From the NCBI RefSeq assembly GCF_018977255.1, contig NW_024704742.1, forward strand, positions 40,922,001 to 40,986,000: a stretch of DNA of 64,000 bases, given 5' to 3'. Positions 26,296 to 39,502 of the stretch are shown in pieces. Origin of the DNA: Callorhinchus milii (Eukaryota). The position numbers were made by a program, and so were the translations under genes. Every line of letters begins with the position of its first letter. Within the stretch, counting starts at the first letter, position 1. The notes under the pieces were generated by a model. It saw only the letters and a program-made list of their open reading frames with translations, searched no databases and was not told where the DNA came from.

Positions 26296-26490
26296 AATAA
26301 TCCCTCCAAAACAAAACAATAATAAATTGGTCATTTTCAATCCACAACTGTTTGTGGAATACTGTTGTGCGCAATTGGCTGCCCACAAATATACGGTCAA
26401 TTCACTTTACAGTCTATTCTGTGAAGTGCTTTGAGACGTTGAGAAGACGTGAAAAGCGCTACATCAAATGCAAGGATTATTATTAATATT
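26296..26490 (+). mobile_element. 5'-truncated SINE
   Basis: Body and tail match the family. Confidence 0.85.
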
Positions 26491-26630
26491 ATATTATCAC
26501 TTTTCATGCATAGCTACCTAGGTAACACTGAATTATACAATACTATACCTAGCATAGCAACAAATCAACTTTATGTTGAGCTAGATTCTGGATACGATAC
26601 ATTTAACTTATAACTATAAAGCTGTACATT

Positions 26631-26872
26631 GAAACCTTGGCCAAGTTTCCTTACTCCACACGCCTAATAATAATCCCTCCAAAAAACAAAACAATAATAA
26701 ATTGGTCATTTTCAGTCCATGACTGTTTGTGGGACACTGCTGTGCGCAATTGGCTGCCGCGTTTCGCCCACAAATATACAGTCAATTCACTTTACAGTCT
26801 ATTCTGTGAAGCACTTTGAGACGTCGAGAAGACGTGAAAAGCGCTATATCAAATGCAAGCATTATTATTATT
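26631..26872 (+). mobile_element. 5'-truncated SINE
   Basis: Runs from GAAACCTTGGCCAAG to the (ATT)n tail. Confidence 0.85.
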
Positions 26873-29800
26873 ACATAAAACTGCCATCATGTTAGTCTGG
26901 TGAAAACACAGTCTGCCATATCCCTGTCCCCTATGCCTAGGTCCCACGACAAATGCAGTATATAAACTGACCAGTAATCATTAGAAATACACAGCTTGGA
27001 ACAGGTGAGCTTATTTAATTAAAGACTTAACATTCCATAAAGTAAGTTAAGATTTCCTCTAGTAAAATTTAATTTGTTGCAAGAATTTATTTCTGTAAGT
27101 TTCTGTGCGAAGTAATTTGTATAATTTGGTATTAGGTACTTCTGGATTGAATAGTGTACCAGCACTTTGTTTTACTTGTGTGTCAGTTTGGTAGCACTCT
27201 CACCTGAGATTCAAGCCTCATGTCAAGCTTGGAACTCATATCGTCAAAGCTTTCAGTGCTGGGTTGTGCTGCATTGTTTCAGGTGTTCTCCTTCGGATGA
27301 GATCCCATCTGCTTCCCTCAGGAAGTGGTTAAAGATCCCATGGCACTTTTTGAAGAGAAAGGAATTTCTCCCAGTGTCCTGCCTAATAATCCCCCAAACA
27401 ACATTCATCATTCACTTTGTGGCGATTTGTGGAAAATTGGTTTCCATGTTCACCCACAGAATACACACTAAGTGACCGCAATTTTACAATATATCCTGTT
27501 ACAAGCTTTAAGACATCCTCAAAGCGTGAATAGGGCTGTACCAAATGCAAGGATTATTATTTTTGTTATTAGTGTTTGTTTGCATTCTAGTTAGCATGGT
27601 TTTCATTCTGGGATGAAAAAGAGTTATGCCAGTGAAGGCCATTTATACTAAAGCAGTAAAGTGCTTCTTACCTTACGTTTGCTTTCTTTTTTTGCCATTA
27701 TTGGGTATGCTATTATTGGTTTCAAGTTTATTTTCAGTTTAACATCCTGCCCTTCAAATAAAATGTCAATCTTTGAGATAAGGTGTTGAACTTAGGTCTC
27801 ATCTTCCTGTTCTTAGCAACATAGGAACAGGAGTAGGCTGAGCATTTCATCCAAATTGCCCTCATTTAATTATTGGTCTTATATTTTCAGTGATGGTAAG
27901 GTTCTTGCCTATTTCAAATTTATTTTATTTTTACAGCCAAAATAGGTAACCTACATCCTGACGGGTGCTGATTTAAATTTTGTTCGAAACTACTATGTAC
28001 CCTGCTCTACATCTAATTCAATAATTAATGTGTCTGTTTCATGACATTGCTCCACAGAAGTAATGTGATGGTATGATCTCATTATACCTTATCTATAATC
28101 ATGTTGTTGCACAAGTAGCAGTTCTTGGAAGTTCTCAGTTGACCCTTCTATGACTTCATTACACCTTATCTACAGGGTTTTATTAAGTTTTGGTAGTTCT
28201 TGGTTGAATCCTTCTATAGTAGGGTCTATCAAACATGTGGTTTTGGTAGCCCACCCAATAGTTTCCTGAGTGTTTTCGAGGTCAGATCCTGTTCCATGTA
28301 CGGATTTCATTGAGCCAGCACCTGGAAAAGCCTTCATTCAAGAGCCTGAGCCTGGAGGGAGCCCGAGATTGTCCGTTCCCTTATGCAGGAATTGTCTACA
28401 GATTTGAGAATTGAGCTGCCACACAGGAAATAGACTCAGTGAAAGTATCAGACCAAGTCTGGACAACCTGCTGATGTCTCAATTCCAGTCTCCAGGCGTC
28501 TAGTTTAAAAAGCCGCTCTGTCCAAGGTTTCACCCACCCACACTTTCCCTAAAGAAGTTTGAACCTGGCTGCATATTAATAGACTTGGAGGATTTGCATT
28601 TGACTTGGTACCAGGCTCACTGTTAGGACGCCCAAGTTAGCATTTCGATGGGTAAAGAGCCCAGCCTCAGGAGGGGATGATGGAAGCAATCCAAGATAAC
28701 CTGAGCCCAATGGCTGAGCATATCCGCAGCCGGCTCCTGCTACTCGCCCCTGGAGCCCCGGCTCTCCTCATGAGTAACAGCATGTTATATTTCTATATCT
28801 GATCATTTTGTTTAGGTCAGCCGGTGTCTGATACCTTTGGAAACCCATCACCATGCTTAAGTATCCTACCCAAGCTGAGATTTCCATGCATCCCATCTAC
28901 ACATGGAAATTCCAGAGATAGATTGTTGGAATGGTATGCCCACTCGCTCCCTGGAGGGACACATCCTGCTTACCTAATTCCAGAAAGCATTAGGCGCATG
29001 TTGGCAACAGCCAAACTTGGGGGCCCCAGATTTTGTGTTGGAGTACTGTTGGGAGTCTAAGCAGCTAAAACCACACAGCTAAAAAACACAACACCTAATC
29101 TTAGCAGAGCCTCAGGGCTAAATAATAATCCTTACATAGCACCTTATCACAGCATTTCGAAACATATACTATAAAGTGTAGTGACTGGGTATTTTGTAGG
29201 TGAATGCAACAGCCATTTGCGCACAGCAAAGTCCTACAAACAAACAAACAAACTGGCTAGCACGCAGCTAAGGTGGGGATGTGGGCCAAGGGAGGTGGGA
29301 TGGGGAGGAGGGAAGATACCTGAAAGTGTGGTCAAACAGTTAGGTCTTGACATGCCTTGAAAGAGGGGAGGGAGGGAGCGAGTCGGAGGGAATCCAGGAA
29401 TGGCACTCCAGAGATCAAATTGTTGAGAGGGAGTAAAATTAATATAAAGGCTAACTAAGGATTTCTGCTTTAAAACAGGAAACTTACTTTAGCATTAGTG
29501 GTATTCAAAATACTATATTCTAATTTGACATTCTGATTCAGGTTCCCCAAAAGATTTGTAAATATGCACAGTTTGCAATTTTTTTCTGTTTAGTTTTTTT
29601 TACCAATGCAGAACAGTAAGTGTTTAAGGTAGGTCACTACAGACATCTGTTACAGTGTTTTCCACCATCTCAATCATTCAATTGGGTAAACAGTTAAGAC
29701 AGCTGCTTTAAAATCAATATTACACAAATAAAATGCATTATGTTAGTGATCATGCCTATGAGTTGCTGACTTAATTAATTCATCCATTAAGTACTTAAGG

Positions 29801-31934
29801 ATACAGTCTTTTTTCAGTTATAATCTATAATCACTTGGTAAAATCACCACAGCAAGTGTCTCTTTAAAATGAGTGGCTTTTAAAAAAGCTTTTTTTATTT
29901 TAAAAAGCTTTTAAAAAAGCCACTCAATAAAATCAAAGACACAAAGTCAATCATCTCTATTTCATGGACAACTGAGTATGTTACGTAGACTTCTATGCTC
30001 CTTTCTAGAACACAGTGGATTGACAAAGCAGGACACAGTTAAATTAACTCAGCATAAATGTTCCCATATGGACAATGGACCTCCAAGCAATCATTAACAA
30101 AGAACAAAATTGCTGGAACATTACCGAGTCCAATACAATAACTACCAGCAGTATTTTGATCAAGGCGAAGGGAGTCTTTTGCAATTAATATTATCACCAG
30201 CACTATTTTGGAATCCCACCAGGTGACATGACGGGTCAAATAGCCTTTTTCTATGCCGTAACATTTTTTTCTAGGTTCCTTACCTCTGAATAAATTTACG
30301 TCAGCACTGTAAGTAAGCAAAAGATCAATTTACAATTATCTCTGGAGAGTTATGTTAATTTCAACACACGTACCACAAAAAGTTACACAACAACAACTTG
30401 CATTTATATAGCACCCTTCACGCGGGGTATAGTCCCTTGAGTACCACTTCAACTTTGGGTACTCAATTCTATCAGGATAGTCAGATACCAAGAACGATTA
30501 TGATCATGTGTATGTCATGAAGATAGAATAATAGGATTATATGGTTGCGTCAAATTGTCTAATTATTGCTCGTAGCTCATTCCTCTAACATTGCGGAACA
30601 TCCTCATTGCTCTCCTCTGCATTGACCCTAGGCCTCAGATGGTCCCTTATGATGCAGCAACCAGAACTGTATACAATACTGTATACATTCTTCCCTTTTA
30701 TTACAGTACTCCAAACTGACCAGAGCTTCAGTATGACGTCTGGCAATTTAAATTCAACTGATTTAGCAAAGTAGACCAACATCCTGTTTGCCTTGTTTAT
30801 TGCTATCTCACTTTGTTTTATGGTCTCACACTGCTCCGGGATGCTGTCCTGTGTGAAAGATCCCTATATTAATTGTTGTTTTGACATGGTGAGCGATGAG
30901 TCAACTAACACTCTTGGTCTCTTTCAGCTTCCCCTTTGACAAGTCCTATCCCATCTTTGCAGGAAATGTTTCTTCATCTTGTTTCCTTTATATAGAACCT
31001 TGCATATATCTGCATTAAACTTCATTAGCCAGTTATCATCCCATTCTGCTTCTTTCAGACAATTCTGAATCCAAGTGCATTTCTTGTCCTTGACACCCCG
31101 TGATCTCAGTCTCTTTTCATGTGGTATTGAGTGCATTGAGCTACAAATTATTATGAGCTCCTGATAAATATTTGTTATGGCACACAGTTGCTGGTTATAA
31201 TTGTTTTGGTCCAATCAATTTTTTTAAAAAATGCATCAGATTATGCTATTCTGTGAATACTGTATATCATCATCTTGAATAGCTGATCCTTTTGATTAAA
31301 AAAATTAACTCTAATAATTACTTACACGCGGAAGTTCCAACCTAGCGTCAAAAACAAAACAAAATTCAAAAAAGGAACCACACCCTAAATATGCACGAAT
31401 GACAAAGTTACTTAAAAATTACATTAGTTCAAAATATGACAAAGGTAGTTAAAAATCAAATAGATATCACCACACTACAGGCAGTATCAACTGAAATCAT
31501 TTTGAAAGTTCATACTTACTCTGGTTTCAGATACAAATTTGAAAAGATGCCCCCATGCTTCTTATTAAAGACATGCTGTACAGTGTAATAGGCCATTCTT
31601 TACAAAAATGATTGACAATCTGACAAAAATGTCACGACAAGCGGTTTGTAAAAGTTTAATTACTGGTATTTATCATATTTCAAGGTGAAATATACTTGGC
31701 CTTTGGACTGCCATAATTTCTGCCTGGTTATATTGCAGGTGAGCAACCTGATATGGGAATTTTACTTGGGAGGTGTTTCAATGATCTATTATCAAGTTAA
31801 TTATTCTCCAGTTAACACACTACACAAAGACACAATACACAAAGCCAGTCTTCAAAGCTGCCTTCAATTAGGGCCCTGCAGACAAAGATTTTGTGTACAG
31901 GTCAGTTCCTTGTCCAACTTAAACTAAAAATCAA

Positions 31935-32075
31935 CCCTCCTCCTCTCACATACAGATCCCTCACCTTCTTCTCTCACATACAGACCCCTCACCTCCTCCT
32001 CTCACAAACAGACCCCTCACCTCTTCCGTCTTACATACAGACCCCCTTATCGCCTCATCTATAATACAGACCCTC
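31935..32075. repeat. Short minisatellite, ~27-bp unit (CACATACAGACCCCTCACCTCCTCCTCT-like), 4-5 degenerate copies
   Basis: Directly visible. Confidence 0.75.
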
Positions 32076-32094
32076 TCTGTGCTGTAGTTGCTGT

Positions 32095-32505
32095 GTGTGA
32101 GTGTGAGACAGACTGTCAGTCACTGTGAGTGAGTGAGTGACAGATTGTCAGTTACTCTGAGTGAGTGAGTGAGTGTGTGTAAGACAGGTTGTCAGTCACT
32201 GTGAGTGAGTGAGTGTGTGAGTGAGTGTGAGTGTGTGACAGATTGTCAGTCACTGTGAGTGAGTGAGTGAGTGTGTGAGTGAGTGTGAGTGTGTGACAGA
32301 TTGTCAGCCACTGTGAGTGAGTGAGTGAGTGTGAGACAGATTGTCAGTCAGAGTGAGTGTGAGTGAGTGAGTGACAGATTGTCAGTCACTGTGTGAGTGA
32401 GTGTGAGTGAGTGAGTGAGTGTGTGTGAGTGAGAGTGTGTGTGTGAGAGTGTGTGTGTGAGTGAGTGTGTGAGTGAGTGTGTGTGTGTGAGTGAGTGAGT
32501 GTGAG
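32095..32505. repeat. GTGA-rich minisatellite (GACAGATTGTCAGTCACTGTGAGTGAGT-type units)
   Basis: Directly visible tandem units. Confidence 0.9.
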
Positions 32506-32509
32506 AGCC

Positions 32510-33000
32510 CCCCCTCTGCTCGCCGTGTGGGGAGCTCCTCGGTGGCTGTGCGGTGGCTCTGCCCACCCCGGGCCTTGCAGGGTGTTGGCGGGGGGGGGGG
32601 GCAGGTGCGGCTGTGGCGGTGACGGGGTGCCTGACCCTCGGGAGCTGTGGATGAGCGGGGGCTGAGGCTGGTGAGGGAGGGAGGGAGAGAGGGAGGGGGG
32701 AGGGAGGCCACACTCCGGCCTGTCAGCCGGGGCCCGGGCCGCGGTGTCGCTGCCCTCCCCCTCCCCACCCACTCACCTGAAACACTCCGCTTCCCCCCTC
32801 GCTTCTTGTCCAGTGGTCCTCGGGCTTCGTAAAAGCCCAGAGTCTCTGCCCGCCGCTCGGCCCCGGCCCCGGGCCCGGCCCCGGGCTCGGCCCCGCTCCC
32901 CACCGCCGCCGCCGCCGCCGCCATCTTCCCAGCCAGGAGCAGACAGCGGCCACCAGCACACTGCGCACGCGCGACCCCAGGCAACCACTACACACACAGC
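32510..33000 (-). promoter_or_regulatory. CpG island / TAPT1 promoter and exon 1 region
   Basis: Only strongly CpG- and GC-rich segment of the window; overlaps the TAPT1 start codon. Confidence 0.8.
32777..32924 (-). CDS. TAPT1: TAPT1 coding exon 1 (MAAAAAAVGSGAEPGAGPGAGAERRAETLGFYEARGPLDKKRGGKRSVS)
   Basis: ATG at 32924 in a good Kozak context (AAGATGG) inside a CpG island; ETLGFYE motif as in the TAPT1 N-terminus; donor CAG|GTGAGT at 32776; 148 nt, phase 1, joins exon 2 in frame. Confidence 0.9.
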
Positions 33001-33001
33001 A

Positions 33002-34510
33002 TCAGAGAGAGTGAGAGAGAGAGAGAGTGAGTGAGATAGAGAGAGAGTGAGCTAGAGAGAGAGTGATAGTGAGAGAGTGAGATAGAGAGCGAGTGATAGT
33101 GAGAGAGAGATAGAGAGAGAGTGATAGTGAGATAGAGAGAGAGTGATAGTGAGAGAGTGAGATAGAGAGCGAGTGATAGTGAGAGAGAGATAGAGAGAGA
33201 GTGATAGTGAGATAGAGAGAGAGTGATAGTGAGAGAGTGAGATAGAGAGCGAGTGATAGTGAGAGAGAGATAGAGAGAGAGTGATAGTGAGATAGAGAGA
33301 GAGTGATAGTGAGAGAGTGAGATAGAGAGCGAGTGATAGTGAGAGAGAGATAGAGAGAGAGTGATAGTGAGAGAGAGATAGAGAGAGAGTGATAGTGAGA
33401 GAGAGAAAGAGTGATAGTGAGATAGAGAGAGAGTGATAGTGAGAGAGTGAGATAGAGAGCGAGTGATAGTGAGAGAGAGACAGAGAGAGAGTGATAGTGT
33501 AAGAGAGAGTGATAGTGAGAGAGAGAAAGAGTGATAGTGAGATAGAGAGAGAGTGATAGTGAGAGAGTGAGATAGAGAGCGAGTGATAGTGAGAGAGAGA
33601 TAGAGAGAGAGTGATAGTGAGAGAGAGATAGAGAGAGAGTGATAGTGAGAGAGAGAAAGAGTGATAGTGAGATAGAGAGAGAGTGATAGTGAGAAAGAGA
33701 GAGTGAGATAGAGAGAGAGTGATAGTGAGATAGAGAGAGAGTGATAGTGAGATAGAGATAGTGAGATAGAGAGAGAGTGATAGAGAGAGTGATAGTGAGA
33801 TAGAGACAGAGTGAGATAGAGATAGTGAGATAGAGATAGTGAGATAGAGAGAGAGTGATAGTGAGATAGAGAGAGAGTGATAGTGAGATAGAGATAGTGA
33901 GATAGAGATAGTGAGATAGAGAGAGAGTGATAGTGAGATAGAGATAGTGAGATAGAGTGATAGTGAGATAGAGAGAGAGTGATAGTGAGAGAGATAGTGT
34001 GTGTGTGAGAGAGAGATAGAGAGATAGAAATAGAATGATAGTGAGAGAGAGTGATAGTGAGATAGAGAGAGATAGTGAGATAGAGTGATAGTGAGATAGA
34101 GAGAGAGTGATAGAGAGAGTGATAGTGAGAGAGATAGTGTGTGTGTGAGAGAGAGATAGAGAGATAGAAATAGAATGATAGTGAGAGAGAGTGATAGAGA
34201 GAGTGTGAGAGAGATACAATGAGTGTGACACAGAGAGAGAGAGAGTGAGTGAGATGGGTGAGAGTGAGTAAGAGGGAGTGTGAGAGAGTGAGTGTGTGAG
34301 AGAGAGTTGTGGGAGAGAGAGTAGAGAGAGTGTGAGAGAGAGTGAATGTGTGTGTGAGAGTGATAGAGAGAGAGTGAATGTATGTGTGAGAGTGATAGAG
34401 AGTGTGTGTGTGAGCGTGATAGGGAGAGAGTGAATGTGTGTGAGAGTCAGTCAGTATGTGAGTGAGAGTGAGTGTATGTGAGAGTGTGTGAGAGTCAGTC
34501 ACTGTGTGAG
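33002..34510. repeat. Compound (GA)n/GATA/GTGATA simple-repeat array with an 80-bp higher-order unit
   Basis: Purine-rich plus strand; 33061-33140 repeats at 33141-33220 and 33221-33300. Confidence 0.95.
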
Positions 34511-34513
34511 TGC

Positions 34514-35868
34514 CAGTCCTTTCCTCTCCTCTCACTCCCTCCACGAAACCCTCCAATCGGAAACTGCTCTGGTCAATGTCACAAGCAACATCCTTACCAT
34601 GTGTGACCATGGCTCCCTTTGCCTCCTCGTCCTCTCCGCCACCTTTGACACTGTGGACCACTCAATCCTCCTCCACCGCCTCTCCTCCTACCTCAACGGT
34701 TCTGTCCTTGACTGGTTCAGGTCCTGCCTCTCACACCACCTCCACTTTGTCGCGGCAAACGGCTTCTCCTCCAGCCCCCGCACTGTCTCGTGTGGTGTTC
34801 CTCAGGGCTCTGTCCTCGGTCCCCTCCTCTTCACCCTCTACATGCTCCCCCTTGGGGACATCATCCGCAGACATGGGGTAAATTTCCACATGTATACGGA
34901 TGTCACCTAACTCTACCTCTCTGACTCCACCCTGAACTCCAGGACTACTGGCGTCCTGACCGACTGCCTGTCCGACATCAAGTCCTTGATGAGGGCCAAC
35001 TTTCTCCAACTCAACGTCAGCAAGACCGAGGCCCTCCTGATTGGCTCATGCCAGCGCCTCCGCACCTCGGACGCTGGCAGCATCAGCCTCCACGGCTGCA
35101 CACTCAACCTCACTAAGCCAGTCAGGAAGCTGGGTGTCTTGTTCGACCCTGAACTGTCCTTTCTCACCCACATCCGTGCCATGATTGACGCAGCCTACCA
35201 CCACCTCCACAACATTGCCAGACTCCGCCACTGCCTCACCCCTCAGGCTGCCGAAACCCTCACCCACGCATTTGTTACAACAAGGCTCGACTATGGGAAC
35301 TCCCTCCTCATCGGCCTTCCCAACTCTTCCGTTCACAAGCTGCAGATCATCCAAAACACTGCAGCTCGTGTACTCTCACGCACCAGGCTCCGCGACCCCA
35401 TCACTCCCACCCTCGCCCAACTCCACTGGCTCCCCATCCCCCAGAGGATCGAGTTCAAGATCCTCGTCCTCACCTTTAAGGCCATCCATGGCCTTGCCCC
35501 CTCCTACCTCTCTGACCTGCTGACTCCCTACCAACCTGTCCACTCCCTCCGTTCATCAGGCTCCGGTCTGCTCCATGTCTTCCACCCGCCCCTCCCTACC
35601 ATCGGTGCCCGGGCTTTCAGCCTCTCTGCCCCTCACTCTGGAACTCCATCCCACGGTCCCTTCGCCTCGCTTCCTCCCTTGCCTCCTTCAAGGCCGGTCT
35701 CAAGACCCTTCTCTTCGACCGTGCCTTTGGTCTTCCTCTCACCTCTCTGCCTTCCCTCCCCCCTACACCACCCCTCCCCCATGCTCAAGCACCAACATCT
35801 GACTGTTCAGCGCTTTGGGATGTCTTCCTGACGTGAAAGACCCTCTATAAATGTAATTTTGTTGTTGT
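34514..35868 (+). mobile_element. L2 LINE, 5'-truncated (RT domain to (TTG)n tail), inactive
   Basis: GVPQGSVLGPLLFTLYMLPLG...HMYTDVT* (degenerate YADD), LHWLPIPQRIEFKIL; GTCACTGTGTG flanks both ends (34498-34508 / 35867-35877). Confidence 0.93.
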
Positions 35869-35990
35869 CACTGTGTGTGAGGAGAGAGTGAGTGTGTGAG
35901 AGACAGTCACTGTGTGAGAGAGAGTGAGTGTGTGAGATTCAATCACTGTGTGAGAGAGAGTGAGTGTGTGAGATTCAATCACCGTGTGTG
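35869..35990. repeat. Continuation of the GA/GT minisatellite after the L2 insertion
   Basis: TCACTGTGTGAGAGAGAGTGAGTGTGTGAG units. Confidence 0.8.
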
Positions 35991-38748
35991 TATGTTGTGA
36001 TAAAGAGAAACCAAAACACATAGCTTGTCATTGAGAGCACTGCCCAGCGACGTTCCAACTGCTTGTCCAGCCAACCTCTCTAACCTTGCAGTTAATAGAA
36101 GCCAAGTGGGATGAATCCCTGTTGGCATTATCTGACCCTTAAACTCCTTCTAATGAGCCAGGCTGGCTGGTTGAACTGTCATTAAGTAATGCCTTGATGA
36201 CTGAGACCACTATAGAGGGCTGATTCAATTCTGACTTTCCACTGCGAAGCAAGTCATTTTGGAGACAGCTCAACCCCGAGGAAACCTTATTCCCTTTTCT
36301 ATTACTTAGACTTATTACCTTTCTTGTTCTAGGTTTTCACTTACCTACCAGCAAACTACATAATTCACCTCAAACTGGTTCATTGGCTCATATATGTGAA
36401 CTGAGATTTTAGCCTGGCCATAACTGGAAAACAATGATGGACACAGCATTACTTACACTTTCTCCATGGCTCATAAGGAAAGATGGAACCCTGCCTACGT
36501 AGACCATACCAGTGTGACACTACTGCATTTTCTTTGCAGGTCCTGGAAAACAAACCTACCATTGTGATGGATTTGCATTAAAAATGTGGCACGTGTTGCG
36601 AATGGGATTCAGCTCCTTCAATCTCCCTCCATTGCCATTTTTTGAACCTCGCTGTCTTTTCACAAATATGACAATCAAAACCAGATACTGTACTCTGAGT
36701 ATGTTCAGCTAGAGAACAAGAACATGTTATATACATTTGGCCCATGTGAATATGCTGCATTTTATTTAATAATTGCAGGGCTCAAATTAACATTCCCATT
36801 TTTGAGCACTGTGAAAATGTGTTAACTATTTGAAATGTTACCAGGCAACAGTCCTGCAAAGGTTTGTTTTTGTTTAACTAAGAGATTACCATCATTCAAA
36901 TGTATGCTAGAGGTTTGTTTTTATTCAGTGTATAGAAAAGGCATTTACAAAACTAAAACTTGGTAACGTTAGAATTTGATGCCAGAATCCAAACCTGAAT
37001 AAGAGGCAAAATTATTCACGTTTTTGGGTTTTATTCTTCATTTTTTGACTGATGATACGTTTCACAGATAAATAATCGAACCACGAAAAGTCACAATGCA
37101 AACGCCCCATGAATATATTTTTCACTCAAAAACATTTAGTATATCTGTAAATTCAGCAAATTAACTTTGAGTCTTTCCAAGTTGTAAAGCTAATTGAGGG
37201 TTTCAAGAAAAACTATTCATGTTTTTTGAAAAAAAACACTTTAGAATGATCTGAACTGCTTAACACTATTTATTGACAAATGTATGAATAATAATCAATA
37301 AAAAAGGTAACAGCAAAGATTATTTTAATAAATATAAGGTAACTCATAGCAGATCTAAAGGGAATTTAGAGAACCTTCTTTATGTAGAGAGTGGTGAGAA
37401 TGTGGAACTCCCTGCCAAAAGCTGTGATTGAAGCAGAAAGCTTCAATACATTTAAGAGGAAACTTCATGCACACATGAGGGAAAGGAATGGAAGTCTTTG
37501 TGGAGTATAAACACTGACACACACTGGTTGGTCTCAATGGCCTGTTCCCATGCATTATCATTCTATATCATTCTATATTAAACCCAGATGCAATTCATTT
37601 AATCCAAAATTCAATTCACAAGGAATTTAGTTTACCCCTGACCATGTTTTCTAGAGAGGAAAGTAGGAAATACGGTATTCAAAGAATAAGAAATACTATA
37701 CCTAAAGTAGAACCAACAATCTAATTACATGCATTATTCTCTACATACCATGAGCAATTATACTTGCCCTTTAGGAAGTATGAGTTGAATCTCACTGTAC
37801 CACAGCAATCTAAGCTATTAAAAGTCGAACATTAGATGATAGGTTACTTGCTGTTTAGCTTATGCAGATAGCTATTTGAACCTGCAATGTTTGACGAGTC
37901 TTCACATGGGAGAATAAGATGACAGGCACATGGGAGAATAAGATGACAGGCATGTTTGACTGGATAGTAAGCCAATGAAAACATAAGGACTACATTAACT
38001 CATCGCTTATTTCAGTGGTTGCTACTAATATTGAATTGTCCTTAACTAAGCCAGCTGAAATAAATACAGGATGCAGTACAATGACTAATTAGATATTGTG
38101 TGCTGTGAGCCTTACCCATACCACAGTTTTGTTTCCATACAATTGAGAGGATATTTTTTACAGTTTGTCCTGTCTACATAGTAACGTGCATGTCAACTTC
38201 CATAAATATTCTCCTCCAGTCTCACATTGAAGGCTCTGGCTGGTGGGCATGTGCAGGGCTGAATTGTCAGGAGTTGGCATCCTTAAAACATTAAACTGAA
38301 TTCCCCATTTGTCTGCATATTAAAGATCCCGCAGCAGGACTTGAAAAGAGAAGGGAGTTTCTCCCCGTGTCCCAATCAACAAGTCTTCAGATAAAATTGG
38401 TCATTCGTTTAATTGTTGTTTGTGGGGCTTTGCTGATTGTCTTGGAGGTTGAGTTAATAATTTATATTCCATTGCTAGCCAGACTGAGGGCCAATACAAA
38501 ATGTATCAGCATGAATGGGTTAGTTTGTTTTATGCTGAATTGATTTGTGGGTTTGCTATTTTACTGACAGGGCATGCTTTTATCAATGCAACTCACAATA
38601 TACTAATGTGCAAGGGATTGATTGAAAACATCTGGGAGAATTGTACACTGAATATTTTTGTCCATTTTGAGTGAGAGGGGGTTATGTGCTGAGAAAGGCT
38701 TGCAAGGATTCTAATGAAGTTCCAATATGAATATTAATAAAAGCACAA

Positions 38749-39502
38749 AACAAAAATAGAAGTCGCTGGGAACACTCAGCAGGTCAGGCAGCATCTATTC
38801 TCTTTTCTCTCCCTGATCTGCCTGTTTTGTTACAAGTTCTTCCCCCCCCCTCCACTTTTGTTCTGCAGTATTAACACCTTTATTCCCCTGCTTTGTTGCA
38901 ATCCCCCACTTTGTTCTGCGTCATTATAATTATATAATAATAATCCTTGCATTTGATATAGCACTTTTCATGTCTTCTCGACATCTCAAAGCGCTTCACA
39001 GAATATGCTGTAAAGTGAATTGACTGTACATTTGTGGGCGAAACGCGGCAGCCAATTGCGCACAGCAGTGTCCCACAAACAGTCGTGGATTGAAAATGAC
39101 CAATTTAGTATTGTTTTGTTTTGGAGGGATTATTATTAGTCGTCTGGAGCAAGAAAACTTGCCCAAGGTTTTCACCCTGCCTGGAATTGAACTCAGGTCT
39201 CTCGCTTGCAAGGCGAGTGCTCTAACCACTGAGCTACAGGACTCCACAAGCTCTCATTAACACCTCTTTTACCCATCATCCCCTGTCCTCTACCCCTTTT
39301 CTCGTTTGTCTTCCTTGCCCTGCCTCCCCCCGCTCTGTTAGCCCTTAAAAGCCTCTCCCTCCCAACATGCCTCAGTTCTGATGATCATGGACCCGAAACG
39401 TTGACTCACTTTCTCCATAAATGCTGCCTGACCTGCTGAGGGTTCCCAGCGACTTCTGTTTTTGTTTTCAGATTTCCAGCATCTGCAGTATTTTGTGTTT
39501 TG
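38749..39502. mobile_element. Penelope-like element remnant with inverted ends and a nested SINE
   Basis: ~50-bp inverted repeats (38749-38798 vs 39417-39468), 16-bp TSD with one mismatch (38733-38748 / 39503-39518), CTGATGA...GAAACGTT core. Confidence 0.75.
38930..39247 (-). mobile_element. tRNA-derived SINE nested in the Penelope-like element
   Basis: Full-length family match. Confidence 0.9.

Noticed and set aside
33061..33400. Regular repeat array suggesting CRISPR
   Set aside because: Eukaryotic microsatellite; no unique spacers and no cas genes
32988..34661. 557-aa and 409-aa Ser/Leu/His-rich ORFs
   Set aside because: Translations of the stop-free CT-rich strand of a simple-repeat array
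34488..35831. Possible active reverse transcriptase
   Set aside because: 5'-truncated L2 with in-frame stops and YTDV in place of YADD
36560..36708. Exon-like segment on the minus strand (ctctag ... ATG|GTAGGT) with one open frame
   Set aside because: No recognisable protein similarity or partner exons; consistent with chance
37903..37950. 24-bp perfect tandem duplication
   Set aside because: Ordinary slippage event with no functional hint
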